Source of the DNA: the human T2T-CHM13v2.0 reference genome, Homo sapiens
Direction: 5' to 3' (one strand)
NCBI RefSeq assembly: GCF_009914755.1
Contig: NC_060932.1
Length of the DNA: 64,000 nt
Shown here: positions 12,885 to 26,216 of the stretch, piece after piece
How the letters are laid out: each line of letters starts with the position of its first letter
Position numbering within the stretch: the stretch's first letter is position 1
The notes under the pieces: generated by a model
What the model was told of the DNA's origin: nothing
Database searches by the model: none
What the model saw: only the letters and a program-made list of their open reading frames with translations
Program-made: the position numbers and the translations under genes

Positions 12885-13490
12885 CAGTGGTTTTCAAACC
12901 TTGCTGCCCATCACCTGGTCAGGATATAAAAATTACTGTTCCTTAGGCTGCTCTGGAGATCAACTAAATCTGGTTCTCTGGGACTGGCTCCTGATATATG
13001 TATTTTTAAAGCTCGCTAGGTGTATTGGTTTTGTAGGGCTGCCATAACAAAGTACCACTGACTGGGTGGCTTAAACAACAAAAATTTATTGCTTTACAGT
13101 TCCAGAGGCTAGAAGTCCAAGATCAAGGTGTTGGCAGGGTTGGTACCCTCTGAAAGCTGTGAGAGAGAATGTATTCCATGCCTCTCTCCTAGCTTCTGGT
13201 AGCCTCAGGCATTGTCCTGGATACAGATGATATTCTCCCCCTGTCTTCCCATGGTCTTCCCTCTATGCATGTTTCCGTGTCCAAATTTCTCCTTTTTGTA
13301 AGGATACCAGTCATGTTGGATTGACCATCTTAATGACCTTGTCTTAACTTGATCGTCTACAAAGACCCTATTTTCAAAGACGGTCAAAATCACAGGTGCT
13401 GAAAATAAGGACTTCAATGTCTTTGGTGGGGGCGAAATACAAGTTAATCCTTACCAGGTGATTCTACTGTGCAGCTAATGAGAATACCTG
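12885..13490. mobile_element. MER5A hAT DNA transposon split by an MLT1 insertion (pieces 12885-13020 and ~13454-13490)
   Basis: cagtggttttcaaaccttgctgc...tatttttaaagctcgctagg | LTR | ccaggtgattct...gagaa; the MER5A sequence resumes after the LTR. Confidence 0.65.
13021..13453 (-). mobile_element. MLT1B/C solo LTR nested in MER5A
   Basis: tgtattggttttgtagggctgccataacaaagtaccac...ggctagaagtccaagatcaaggtgttggcaggg...aaagaccctattttcaaa; flanks ctagg/ccagg. Confidence 0.85.
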
Positions 13491-13781
13491 ATCTACATCT
13501 GACTTGGGCCTCCCTCGACCCAGTCACTCTTGGAAGAAGAGAGAAGGAGAAGAGAAAAGTAGAGGAGTGAAGGAAAACATAAAAAGAATATCTAGAACAG
13601 CTCATACTAAATTATAATTGAGGAGGTCGAAGGACTGCTCTTCCTTATGCCTCTTACAACTTCTTGTCCTCAAGGCATGACTCCCTCCTGAAGATAACCT
13701 CTCTCTGACTTCAGCCTCTTCTTACTCTAACCATGTGAACCTCATCTTATCTACAAGATTGATTGGGGAACTTTCTATGTT

Positions 13782-13945
13782 CAGTGACTCTCTGTCCAGA
13801 GTAAACATTAGGACAAATTGGGGAGCTTTTCAATAAAACACCAAAACCAGGCCTCATCTCTACTAGGAAAGTCAGATTCTCTGTGGAAGAGCCTGGCCAT
13901 AGCAGTATTTAAGAAGTACCACAAACTTCTATCTGTGATGTGTAG
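13782..13945. mobile_element. MER5B-like hAT fragment
   Basis: gggagctttt...ccaggcctcatctc...cagattctctg...gagcctggccat...gtatttaagaag. Confidence 0.45.

Positions 13946-15126
<1,181 letters not shown>

Positions 15127-15173
<47 letters not shown>
15127..15173. repeat. (AT)n microsatellite
   Basis: About 23 uninterrupted AT units. Confidence 0.97.
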
Positions 15174-15176
<3 letters not shown>

Positions 15177-15711
15177 AACTAAAAGTAAAAAGTTTCCTTA
15201 CAATATGCAGCTGAAATTGAGGAGCTGATAGATGTTCTATCCTGTGTCAAAGTAGGTGGAAATTATTTTTATTTTTGGAAAAGCTTGGGGCAAGACATTC
15301 AATGGCAAAGATAATGGCAACTGCTGTGGTTCATGATACGAGTCCACTTTCTGGAAAACATTTTATTATCTTTCTATATCTGTATCTCTCAACTAAAACA
15401 TAGTGTGCTTTATTCGTTGAGGCACTTGATAAAGAGATGTTGACCCTTTTAGTTGATAACTATCATGCACAAATGCTCTCAGATTTGTGTATGTGTGTAC
15501 ATGTATTCTCAAGTAACAATATGTTTTGTCTAGCATTAAAGAATTAATGGATTTCAATTTTTTAAAAAATTATACATTTTTACATTTTGGAATAATATTT
15601 TAACTATGTTTTAAATCCAGTTATATAAAATAAAATATGAGCGTCTGAAGACCTTCTTGCATTTTTACAGACATTTAATGCTTGGGTCTCTGACAAGAAC
15701 ATTACAATACA

Positions 15712-15830
15712 TGTCATATTCTCTCAATAGAAAAATTGTTAATACCCTAAAGAAATCATTGTAGAGGGGGGATTCGCCATGTTGTCATATTCTCTCAATA
15801 GAAAAATTGTTAATACCCTAAGGAGATCAT
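15712..15830. repeat. 48-bp direct duplication (15712-15759, 15783-15830) with a 23-bp spacer
   Basis: tgtcatattctctcaatagaaaaattgttaataccctaa(a/g)ga(a/g)atcat occurs twice with 2 mismatches. Confidence 0.95.
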
Positions 15831-17235
15831 CTAGGAAAGGAGATGTTTTAAAGAGCTGCTTAGGTTGTTATCTGTGTAAAGAGGTGGAAAAGTTGGCTGT
15901 TTGAGAATATATTTCCCACAGAATATAGGGGTCAAGTTACTAGCTTTAGAAATGAGAACACTATTTGATTGCTTTTCAAGATGTAATGTCTTTGCAGACA
16001 AGTGGCTAGAAGTATTATTTCAGAATCAATTGAATCATGACATGTGACTAAGGTACTTCAGATTTGTTTTTGAGATGCCCAAACTTAACACTGAAGCAGT
16101 GTGTGGTAAAAAACTTATACTTAACACCCAAATTGCCCAAACATACGAGTAGCTTGTTCTTCTGAAGGCTGTGGCTTTTATCTGGATCAAGAATTTTGCC
16201 TGCACAGTTGGTCACAATTACAATCTTATATCACTAGATAAGCAATATGGTTGAGAACATTTTTAATTTGAGGAAAACCAACACTAGCTATATTGACAAC
16301 CTGAAGCTAAAGGCTCAGCAGCTTGTGTAAAGAAGTGATTATCACAAGAGAGTGACTTTCGTGTTTTTAAATGGTTACATACAACAAAAGAAGAGCTCAT
16401 GCAGCTCTATGACTGGGACATTGTGAAAGATCTCATGATATTTCAGACTCAAAGAGAAAAATGCTGGATTGGAAGACATTCAGTGACTGACACTGAGGTT
16501 AATCCCCAAAGGAAAAATCATTCTGTAGGGAATATTTATATCTGAACAACGAGAAGCCAGCATCTGCCTTAAAATAATATCATGCAGGGCACTGAAGTCC
16601 ACTGCAGTCCAAACTCAATCTGGGTGACTATGGGCCTACATTAATTTTGGTGAATAGCAGGTTATTTTGAATTGGGAAGTGGTGATATAAAAGAATGAGA
16701 AAACTTAACTTCAGATCATGAATTCCTTTCATGGGAAAAATGTGAACCCCAGTAATATTTTCATCTGATATTGATAGTAAGATTAATAGGTATTCAGAAA
16801 CAGACTTGAAAATTCAAAGCAGATAGCAGGAAATGGTACTAAACTGAGAAACCATGTGAGAAAGATTATTGTGAAAGAGAACTAAATGGTGGAATGAGAA
16901 GAGAGACAGAGAGAGACAGAGACAGAGAGAGAGGGAGAGGGATCATGGAAACAATCCAAAGATGTCACAGGGAAAAAATATAGAATAGGTAAGACCTGCA
17001 CAGCATTTTGGAGTGTCAGTTTTGATTGCCAAATCTTTTGTGTCTCCAGCTCTTACCTTCAACAGTCTTCTGATGGCTATAGTTATGTCCCACTCTGTTT
17101 ACCTCTTTCCTCATCACTGTGTTAAAGGGTTACTTCTTCCCTGCCATGGCTAGACTTACCAAAATTAACACACATTTTGCTGGTAGAGAAGTTATCTATG
17201 AATGGGAAAAGACTATATGCATCTCCTAATTATAA

Positions 17236-17563
<328 letters not shown>

Positions 17564-18114
17564 AGAAGGGTTTTACAAAAACTTTATTACCAGGTAGATC
17601 CCGTGTTTTCTCCCTTTAGCCTGATATCTGGTGCACTGAAATCAATTATTGAACACAGTAGAGATACTTCAGTACCCCAGGTCTAATTTTTATTAGATTT
17701 GCCTATTAATAAAATCTCCTGGGAGTGTTTACCTTACCCTGATAATGTAGAAAAATTCTGTCTCCAGACACATAACAGGAAGGCTGTGTGAGAATGTTCA
17801 CATCTCTGGTTCTTGACTATTTCCGAGCTTTGCTCTCTGGCTCTGTATCTTTGTGAACTAGCTGAGTTCACAGCTTTTCATGTGACTTAATAGCCATAGC
17901 ATATGTACTAGCTGCTCCACTCTGGGCCTTGATTCAGATCTTGGTAAAGGAAGCATCCTCTGAACTCTCCCAAAGATACAGTGAGGGTGGGTGAGCAGAT
18001 CTTACATGAAAAATCCATGGTGACATTCCAATTTCTCAAAGCCTTTGCATACTTCCTCTACAGCATATCAAGGAAGTTCATTTTCATTAAACAACCCCAC
18101 AATTTGTTCTTATA

Positions 18115-19911
18115 TTTCAGCCACTTTGTAGACCCAGAAGCCCCTGAATAAGGAGGAAACTGGGTCCCCTTGAGGAAGAAGCCTGCTCTACTGCCAAAAA
18201 TGAATGTGGTCCACCAATCAGAGTAGAGATTTATGGAGATCAGGTGATCAATGAAATTTTGGTTAGCTACATCTCACTGTGGGACCACTGGATCCTGAAT
18301 CCACTCTGTGATTATTTTCTTGGTTCTTGAATAATTGGAATAGACACAGTCAGCAACTGGTAGATACCCACAACTGACCTGTGGAGTGGGGACTATTATG
18401 GTAGGAAAGGCCAAGTGGAAGCCATTAGAACTGCTTCTACCTATCAAAATAGTAAATCAAAATCAGTACTGAATTCTTTGAATAATTTCAGAAATTAGTG
18501 ATTCCCACTTTATCTTTGTGAATTTCATATAATTGACCTGTGTAGAAGACAGATCTTAGAGAATGATAGTGGCTGTTATGGACTGAAAGTTGTTAGGATT
18601 TCATATGTTGAAATTCTAACCCCCAAGTTGATGGTATTAGGAGGTGCAGCCTTTGGGAGATAATTATGTCATGAGAATGGAGCCCTCATGAATGGGATTT
18701 GTGTCCTTATAAAAGGGACCCCAGAGAGTGCTCTAGCTTTCCTTCTACCCTGAGAGGGTACAGCCATCTGCCACCCAGAAGAGGACACCCACCAGAACTT
18801 GACCATGTTGGCACCCTGATGTCAGACACCCAACTTCTAGAACTATGAGAAATAAATTTCTGTGGTTGATAAGCCACTTAGTCTGTAGTACTTTGCTAGA
18901 GTGGCCCAAACTAAGACAAGTGAACTGCTGTAAACATAATCAGGTAGTGACTGCAATTGCAGCTGGTGTTCCAATGTGGTTTTATTTCTTGGGCAAATCA
19001 ACACATTCCCTGGCAATTCATATGCAGCTATTAATATGCAAATGTTTTTTTCTCTATGCCTGTTAGTAAACACCATTGGAAGAAGGTTTTTTGTTTGTTT
19101 GTTTGTTTTGTTTTTTTGAAGTTAGCAAGGCCAGCTGAAAGGCCTTTACTGTCCTACCTCAGGGCAATATGAACTCTCCAGCCCTATAGCATCATACCGT
19201 CTGTAGGGACCTTGATTGCCTTCCTTTCTACAGGACATAATACTGGCCTATTATATTGATAGTATCATGCTGCTTAGATCTGGTGAGTAGGAAGTAAAAA
19301 CTACTCTAGACACATTGTTAAGGTACCGTATGCTTCAGAATGAGAAATACCTCAAAAATTTAAGGATCTGCCATATTGGTGAGATTTCTAGGATTTCAGT
19401 AGGCTGGAGCACTTTGAGTTATTCCTTCAATGGTGAAAGAAAAGTCACTGCATCTCCTACCTACCTTTCCTACCACTAACAAAGAGGCACAATACCTAGT
19501 GGATACTTTTGTATTTCAGAGGCAGCGTATAATCTATTCAGGCATGCTACTTTAAGCCACTTACCTCATTACCCAAAAAGAAGCCTGTTTTGAGTAGGGA
19601 TAAGAATAGAAAAGGCATTGGAATTGGTCCAGGCTGTATGCAAGCTGCTCTACTACCTGGACTGTGTGACCCAACAAATCTGATGGTACTTAAAATGTCA
19701 GTGTCAGGGAGGGATGCTGTAAGAGCCTCTTGTGGTTCTCTATGGTTGAATCATAGTTCATACTCTTTGGATTTTGTAGCAAAGCCATGCCATTCTCTGC
19801 AGATAACTACTCTTCTTTTGAGACAAGCTTTTGGATTATTACTGGGTTTTAGTAAAAATGGAAACTGACCTTGGGTCACCCTATTACCATGAGAACTGAG
19901 AGGCCCATCAA
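18115..19911 (+). mobile_element. ERVL internal remnant (pro-pol; ERVL-E/ERVL-B4/HERVL-like), heavily decayed
   Basis: Translates to ERVL-like motifs: IYGDQVINEI, IMVGKAKWKPLELLLP..IVNQNQY, NQVVTAIAAGVP, FTVLPQGN, LAYYIDSIML (YIDD catalytic motif decayed, ~19243-19272), LGHPITMRTERPI. Confidence 0.88.
18574..18918 (+). mobile_element. MLT1A0/MLT1A solo LTR inserted in ERVL pol
   Basis: tgttatggactgaa...catatgttgaaattctaacccccaag...ggagccctcatgaatgggatt...gagaaataaatttctg...actaagaca. Confidence 0.88.
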
Positions 19912-20459
19912 TGCTCCAGTATTAGATGTGGAGAAAATTGTTCCCACAATTTTGTTAGGTCAAATTCTTGTAAAAATGCATATATAATGGCTCTGATCTT
20001 TTTAATTGAACTCTGATATATAACTATACCCATATGCATAAGCCACATGAAATTGGGGACTCAGTGGCTCAGCTGGATCAAAGGTAGTGTGCTTTTGTTC
20101 AGATTCCACCATAAACTGACAAGGAAATCACTCATGTGGTACAGTTTTTGGATACCTGAAAGTTATACTTATTTTCTAAATCCTTCCCCATTTGGCTTGT
20201 AAGGATTTTCCTGAAGAACTGCGTGATCCTCACTGACTTAAATGCTTATGTACCTGGAAGGGGTAATTCAGCTTGTAAGCTAATTATAAGTGCAGATTAG
20301 TTTTCTGTGTTACTTAGGATGACAGTTGCTGTTCTAATATATCTCAAAATGCTAACTGGCTCAAATTCACATCCTCTGGTGGTTCCAGTGTAGCTATTAA
20401 AATGGGTAATGTTTTTAACCATTGTTGTGTGTAAACTAAAAATGTACAAAATGTACAAA

Positions 20460-20508
<49 letters not shown>
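20460..20508. repeat. (TG)n(TA)n compound microsatellite
   Basis: Read directly from the sequence. Confidence 0.95.
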
Positions 20509-20511
<3 letters not shown>

Positions 20512-20531
20512 TAATATCTAGGTTATGAAAC

Positions 20532-22193
20532 TGTCATGGGATCCTTGGGGTGTTGCTTCATCAGCCAGAATCCTCTGCGGCTAGTGGTGCCTTTGCCCAG
20601 GTTTTGCTTGGGCCCACTGGGTCTACTCGACCTGGCTGGCTGCACTTGGCTTGCACTGCCAGCCTGGATCCCATGCCTGCCCAGGGTGAGTGCAGCAGCA
20701 AGGGGTGTGTGAGTGAGCAAGCGTGGGGTCTGGCCACTGCACACAGCCAAGCACACCAGCTGTGGTGGGGTAGGTACCTATAGGTGCTAGCTCCCTGCAA
20801 GGCTGCAGGTGGACCAGGTGTACAGCAAGCAGTTTCCATGGCTGGCACTGGGGAATGTGGTTACACCTGGAAGCTTGGAGATGCCAGGAACCACAGAGCC
20901 CCAAAGAGGGTATCACAGCCCTGGCTCAGGGAACTCCTAGGTCTGGGCTTTCAGAAGGGCCACAGCTCTTCTCTCCTTCTTGTCTCCTGCAACATGATGA
21001 GCAAGGGGCATATTTCAGCCTGTTTGTATTACAGCTTTTTCAGCCCCGCCATTCAGCAGATCTGAAGTTCTTGTCCTGCACCCAGGAAGAATAAGGTATG
21101 TGGACAAGTGGAGAGTGAGCAAGGTGAAGAGGTGCTTTACTGAGTGACAGAACAGCTCAGAGGAGACTCACAGTGGGTAGCTCCTCTCCACAGCCAGGGT
21201 GTCCCAGTGAGTGTTCAGCTCTCAGCAGAGAGGAGACCCTAGAATGTGTAGCTCCTCTCCACAGGCAGGTCATCCTGTCATCAGCAGAGAGGAGACCCTT
21301 GGGTGGGTAGCTCCTCTCCACAGCTGGTTGCCCTGTTGTCTCTTTTTGGGTCTGGCTGAGTCCAAGGCTTTTTAGGCTTCTGAGGAGCAGAAGTGTGCAC
21401 TGATTGGTCTATGGGTGGCCATGGGCTGGCCTGGGAAAAGCACCATATGTTCCCACTCTGGTTCACGGGACTGGCAGCCTGGCCTCCAGGCTTCAGGCCT
21501 TCCCTGGCTTGAAGGTAGGGATTCACCTGGGACCCAACCCTTTCTGCCCAGGGGCCTGTCTGCCTCCTGCTGCTATTCATGGCACCCAGGCTATTCCTGC
21601 TGAGGTGAATCTGCACACCCACACCAAGTTGCCCTCACCACCACCCCCCTCGGCCTCACTCCCATGCTTCTTGGCACCAGAAGTCCAGAGCTGGCTGAGG
21701 TGGCATGGGGCTGGCATATCAGCACTGCCCCAAGCATGTGCTCAGCCAGCCAGGTTGTGAAAGCACCCAGGCTTGGCCTCAACTCCATTCCGAGATCGGA
21801 GCGGGTGCCAGGAGCAGGGAGACAGCAGGCAGTGGGAGCAGATACCTTTGAGCCTGCGGGGGAAGGGGGACTTCCTGGGCTCCTGAGAGTGCAGAGATGC
21901 CCAGGCCCGCAGCTGTGGCTTGAGTGGTTGCAGCTGCACCTGGGAGGGTGGGGCTCCTGCCTGCTCCCAGCCCCCAAGAGCACAGGGATGCCCAGGTCCA
22001 TAGCCATGGGTGGGCAGCCACAGCTCTGCCCAGGGAATGTGAGGCTCTTGCCCTGCCAACTCAGAAGTGGGGCAGGGCTTCTGCCTGTTCCTGGTTCCCG
22101 CTGGCTCCGTGAAGCACACAGCCCGGCCGTGCCTCCCCCACTGCAACTGGCATCATGGCAGTGGCTGCTCCAGACAGATCGCCACTGCCATCA
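20532..22193 (-). mobile_element. MER52A-type ERV1 solo LTR (~1.66 kb, GC-rich)
   Basis: Ends tgtcatgggatccttggggtg... and ...ctccagacagatcgccactgccatca (reverse complement of the MER52 start TGATGGCAG...); 4-bp TSD aaac (20528-20531 / 22194-22197); three internal gaggagac...gtagctcctctccacag repeats at ~21157-21330. Confidence 0.88.
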
Positions 22194-22476
22194 AAACCAT
22201 AAAACCTCTTTTGACTTTTTCATGAAGAAATATTATTTTACAATTAGGGAAGTCTTATATTAAAAAAAATTGTTACAACTTAAACAGAAAGTGGGTCCCT
22301 AGGTCATGGCCACTGCAGACCATTTGGATTAGGAGTGGGGACAGGGATATTAGAATATGGAGACTTCTCTGTACTGGGTCAGGATACCATTGGTAGGGTG
22401 CTGAGAGAAGTTACTTCACTGGGAGGGTAACAGCTGGTAGGGAGGGAGTGAGGAAAGAGAGGCAGTGCCTCTAGTG

Positions 22477-22683
22477 AAGGGGTATCCAATCTTTTGGCTT
22501 TCCTGGGCTGCATTGGAAGAAGAAGAATTGTCTTGGGCCACACATAAAATACGCTAACACTAACAATAGCTGATGAGCTAAAAAAAAAAAAATTGTAAAA
22601 AAGTCTAATAGTGTTTTAAGAAAGTTTAAAATTTGTGTTGGGCCAAATTCAAAGCTGTCCTGGACCACAGTTGGACAAGCTTG
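22477..22683 (+). mobile_element. MER30 hAT-Charlie DNA transposon
   Basis: aggggtatccaatcttttggcttt...gaagaattgtcttgggccacacataaaatac...ttggacaagcttg; perfect 8-bp TSD ctctagtg (22469-22476 / 22684-22691). Confidence 0.93.
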
Positions 22684-22724
22684 CTCTAGTGGTTAATCAC
22701 ACACATTCTTGCGCCAGCCTATTT

Positions 22725-23020
22725 ATTTTTTATTTTATCTTTGACACAGTCTCACTCTGCCACTTAGGCTGACGTGCAGTGGCGTGATCTTGGCTCGCTG
22801 CGACCTCCGCCTCCCGGTTCAAGCGATTCTCCTGCCTCAGCCTCCTGAGTAACTGGGATTACAGGCATGCGCCACCATGCCCAGCTAATTTTTGTATTTT
22901 TAGTAGAGATGGGGTTTCACCATGTTGGCCAGGCTGGTCTTGAACTCCCAACCTTAGGTGATCCACCCACCTCGGCCTCCCAAAGTTCTGGGATTATAGG
23001 CGTGAGCAACTGCGCCTGGC
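22725..23020 (-). mobile_element. AluS (Sx/Sq-like)
   Basis: Reverse Alu; perfect 15-bp TSD tgcgccagcctattt (22710-22724 / 23021-23035). Confidence 0.95.
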
Positions 23021-23767
23021 TGCGCCAGCCTATTTCTTATCCCTATTCCATCCCTTCTTGCTGTGCAACCTTGGCAATTATTAATTTTTTTTCTGCCTCA
23101 GTTTTCTTATCTGTGAAATGGATACAATAAGAGTAGCTACCAACCTAGGGTTTTTATAAGAATTAATTGAGTTATTATATGTATAATATTTGCTCCATAA
23201 TGAGCGCTGTTATTGCTATTGCTCCCAAGTTTGGCTTTGAGCTTGTTCTGAGCTAACAGTGGCAGTTCTGTGCCATAAAACAAGGTGCCCAGGAACATCT
23301 CCTCCTCAGCCCTCTTTAAACCTGTCCTGGCTGCTGTATGTGGGACCATCCAGGTTCTCGGAGCTTGAACTATGTGGGTAATTTATATTTGTTTCCTCTA
23401 CAAGTCAGCATCAATCTTTCCACATCTCTCATGGAACAAAATGCTCTGTGTCCATTGCCGATTTTTATCACTGTTGTTAATGTTAATAACTTTTATTAAG
23501 CACAGAGTTATAGGTGGTATAAAAAGCAAAGGAGTCACCAAACAAGAGACCTAACCTCTCCACCTCCAAAACAAAACAACAACAAAAAAGATCACAATGT
23601 ACTTTTTCCTTTTGCCCTTTCATTTCCCATGTTTTAAAATGTTAATTCAAAATGTCATTTTTAATTAAATTTTTATTTGAGGGAAATGTTAAGTAACACC
23701 AGTCTGTGCTATTTTTAGCAGTGGCTCGTCCTCTGCTTCAACGTGAGAATGAAAATGCTGTGTGTGA

Positions 23768-23870
23768 GCTACAAATTCCATGAGGGCAGTGACCTTATCT
23801 ACCTTCTACATTGTTGTGTCCCTAGTTATTCCAGTGTGGTACATGCTCAATAGGCGACTTGTTAATTAAT
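23768..23870 (+). mobile_element. L2 3' end fragment
   Basis: aaattccatgagggcagtgacctt...ttgtgtccctag...atgctcaata. Confidence 0.55.
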
Positions 23871-24008
23871 TTTAAAGTGAAAAAGTATAGCAAGTTCTAC
23901 TTTTTATCTTTGCAATTCTAAAAAAAATTACAAATGGAATGGTTATGTTGATTATGATTATGGATGGTAAAAACTTGTGGGAATTTTTTTATTAGGAGAA
24001 CTCAAGTT

Positions 24009-24105
24009 TATATATATATTTATATATATATACACACACACACAAACACACATGTATGTTTATCTCGCCACACACACAATTACATATATATACATATGTA
24101 TGTAC
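24009..24105. repeat. Degenerate (TA)/(CA) simple repeat
   Basis: Read directly from the sequence. Confidence 0.8.
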
Positions 24106-24139
24106 ATCTATCATATTTACTATAATCATACATGTGTGA

Positions 24140-24375
24140 TCATAGTTAATATTTATTGAACATTTACTAATTTCCAGAAATTAGGCTATGCACCATACAT
24201 CGGGACTTTTTTTGGAAGCTCATGAAACACTTTGAAGGTAGATGCTAGGATTGCCCTCATTGAAGAATCTAGGAAATGGGATGGAGAGATGAGGAACTGT
24301 GTCTGACATCACAGGGTGAGAAATTATACAGGTGGGGTTTGAACCCAGATAGGTTCATTCCAGGTAATGCTGTGC
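24140..24375 (-). mobile_element. MIR (degenerate)
   Basis: atttattgaacatttac...ctttgaaggtagatgctaggattgccctcatt...ggggtttgaacccag. Confidence 0.55.
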
Positions 24376-24699
24376 CTCCTGTTTATCAGTATTTCTGCTT
24401 GCCTGTGTGACAACAGTGAGTGGTATAAATATGAGGAAAGAAAATTGTGGAGGTTTTGCATTTATAAGATTGGCAAGAGCTGGGGACAGCCTTTCAGCTC
24501 TTGAAAAGGTAGACTGAGAATCAAGCTTGCTCTTCCTTTGAAATATCAGTGAGCAGAAAGAAGAATTGGGAGCTGGAGTACATTCCTTGAAACATAATTT
24601 TCTCAGAAAGTGAGTAAGAAGAAGATAGGAATATTGCTATTGATTAACAATCCTATTAGAAGACAGTAGCAGGATAGCTTTCCTTTCTTCCCTTCTTCC

Positions 24700-24975
24700 T
24701 TCCTTTGAAATTTATTGAGCAACTACTTTGCACTAGGCCCTGGAAATGCACAGATGGAAAGTGTACAGAAACTAACCTGGGGAAGCTCACAGTCTAGGGA
24801 ATAAACAGACACATAAACATGACCACAACATCACGTAATCAAATGGAGGCATATGCAGCCTGTTGTGGACCACAGGGGAGGATGTGACTCATTCAGTCTG
24901 GGGATGTCAGGAAGTGCTTGGAATCAAGGATGTGTTGTTTGAACCAAGTTTTGAAGAATGAGCAGGAGTTAGGGG
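24700..24975 (-). mobile_element. L2 3' region
   Basis: tttattgagcaactact...ctaggccctgg...ggaagctcacagtctag...ttttgaagaatgagcaggagtt. Confidence 0.7.
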
Positions 24976-26034
24976 GAGCAACAAAAGAGTGGAATTAACA
25001 GCATTCATTTCTGTGTTCACTCAATCATTCTCATATTTCATTCAATGTCTACTATATTCCAGTCCTTGTGCACAGAATATTCTGAGGATATTAAACGAAT
25101 ACCTTCTTTAGCATTTCTAGTCTTAAGGAATCACACTATCCTTTAATAGAAAATTAATAGTGTAATTTCCCATTGATTTTATGACAGGCAGCCCAGTTTT
25201 TTCCAGTTCCCTAAGTTTCAAAATCCATCTTGGTTGTCTGATCCCCTCGGCCTTGCTCCTGACCACAACTTCACTTCTCTGGATGTTGTCTTTGTTATGC
25301 GGAAACCAGCTTTCCTCATGCTGCTGCTGTTCCCCTCCCTTTGTGTTTGCCCAAAGTATGCATGCAAACCAGACCCTTAATTTCCCAGAGGAAAACAGCT
25401 ATAAGCAAACTATTAGGAGAAGGTTATTGAAAATTTGCAGATAACAAATGGAGTTACAATGCAGGAAACAACATCAATGACAACAATGTAATGTAACATG
25501 GGCACCAAAACCAGACACTATGCTCCCCTAACACACAGGCCACTTCCCTAGAAGTTTCTCTTTTCATTCATTAGCTTTAGCCAGTCGCCATGCTCCAGGG
25601 GTCAGCCTACCTTCCTTTTCTCTGAAATTGCCCTGTAGCACATGTCCTCTGTTTGGAAGCTAAATGATCACAGCTCTGAGATTCCTGGAGAAATTGAAAC
25701 TCCAATTTTTTTATAAAAAGACTATAAGCTTCAGAGATGCAATTCTGTCCATAATGATGAAAATATTTAACCTTATAACACAGATACTATAGCCGTATAA
25801 TCCCTGGAATCTGTCCATCTCAGCATAAAATCCTTGCTTTATCTCTGCATGGAGATAACAACTTCAACCAAGGGGCCACTACCAGGCCTCAGAGACGAAT
25901 TCCAGTCTCCTATTTAGAAAGAAAATAACTACTCATAATTTTAGAAATTGCAACCTCTTACAAATGGATTTTGGCCATCCCAACTATCCTTCTTAAACAT
26001 TTTAATAAGCCACTGAGAATTAATATAACTGTAG

Positions 26035-26216
26035 AATGTTGCTGTTGAATATTAGTGTAGAGTCAGGTTTTATCTCACCTTGTATGCACCAATACAGCCA
26101 CATTATTTATGGTCATGCCAGTTTTTAAAGTGGTGTCCATCTGATTGGTCAATTGTTTGTTCTGATTAGCCAGTCTTATGTTGTACCAGTTGTTACAAAC
26201 TTTGAATAACATCTGG
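26035..26216. mobile_element. Probable hAT-Tip100 (Arthur1-like) fragment
   Basis: ctgattggtcaa...ctgattagccag...taccagttgttacaaactttgaataacatc end motif. Confidence 0.35.

Larger units (their letters stand above)
22459..23215 (+). mobile_element. MIR split by MER30 and Alu insertions
   Basis: ggcagtgcctctagtggttaa ... gctgtgcaaccttggcaa...tctgcctcagttttcttatctgtgaaatgg...agggtttttataagaattaattgag. Confidence 0.7.

Noticed and set aside
21157-21330. Three spaced repeats resembling a repeat-spacer array
   Set aside because: They are internal degenerate repeats of the MER52 LTR in human DNA, not CRISPR.
21664-22263. Longest ORF (199 aa) and the overlapping ORF cluster at 20523-22263
   Set aside because: They lie in the GC-rich MER52 LTR, are open on both strands and show no domain or gene structure.
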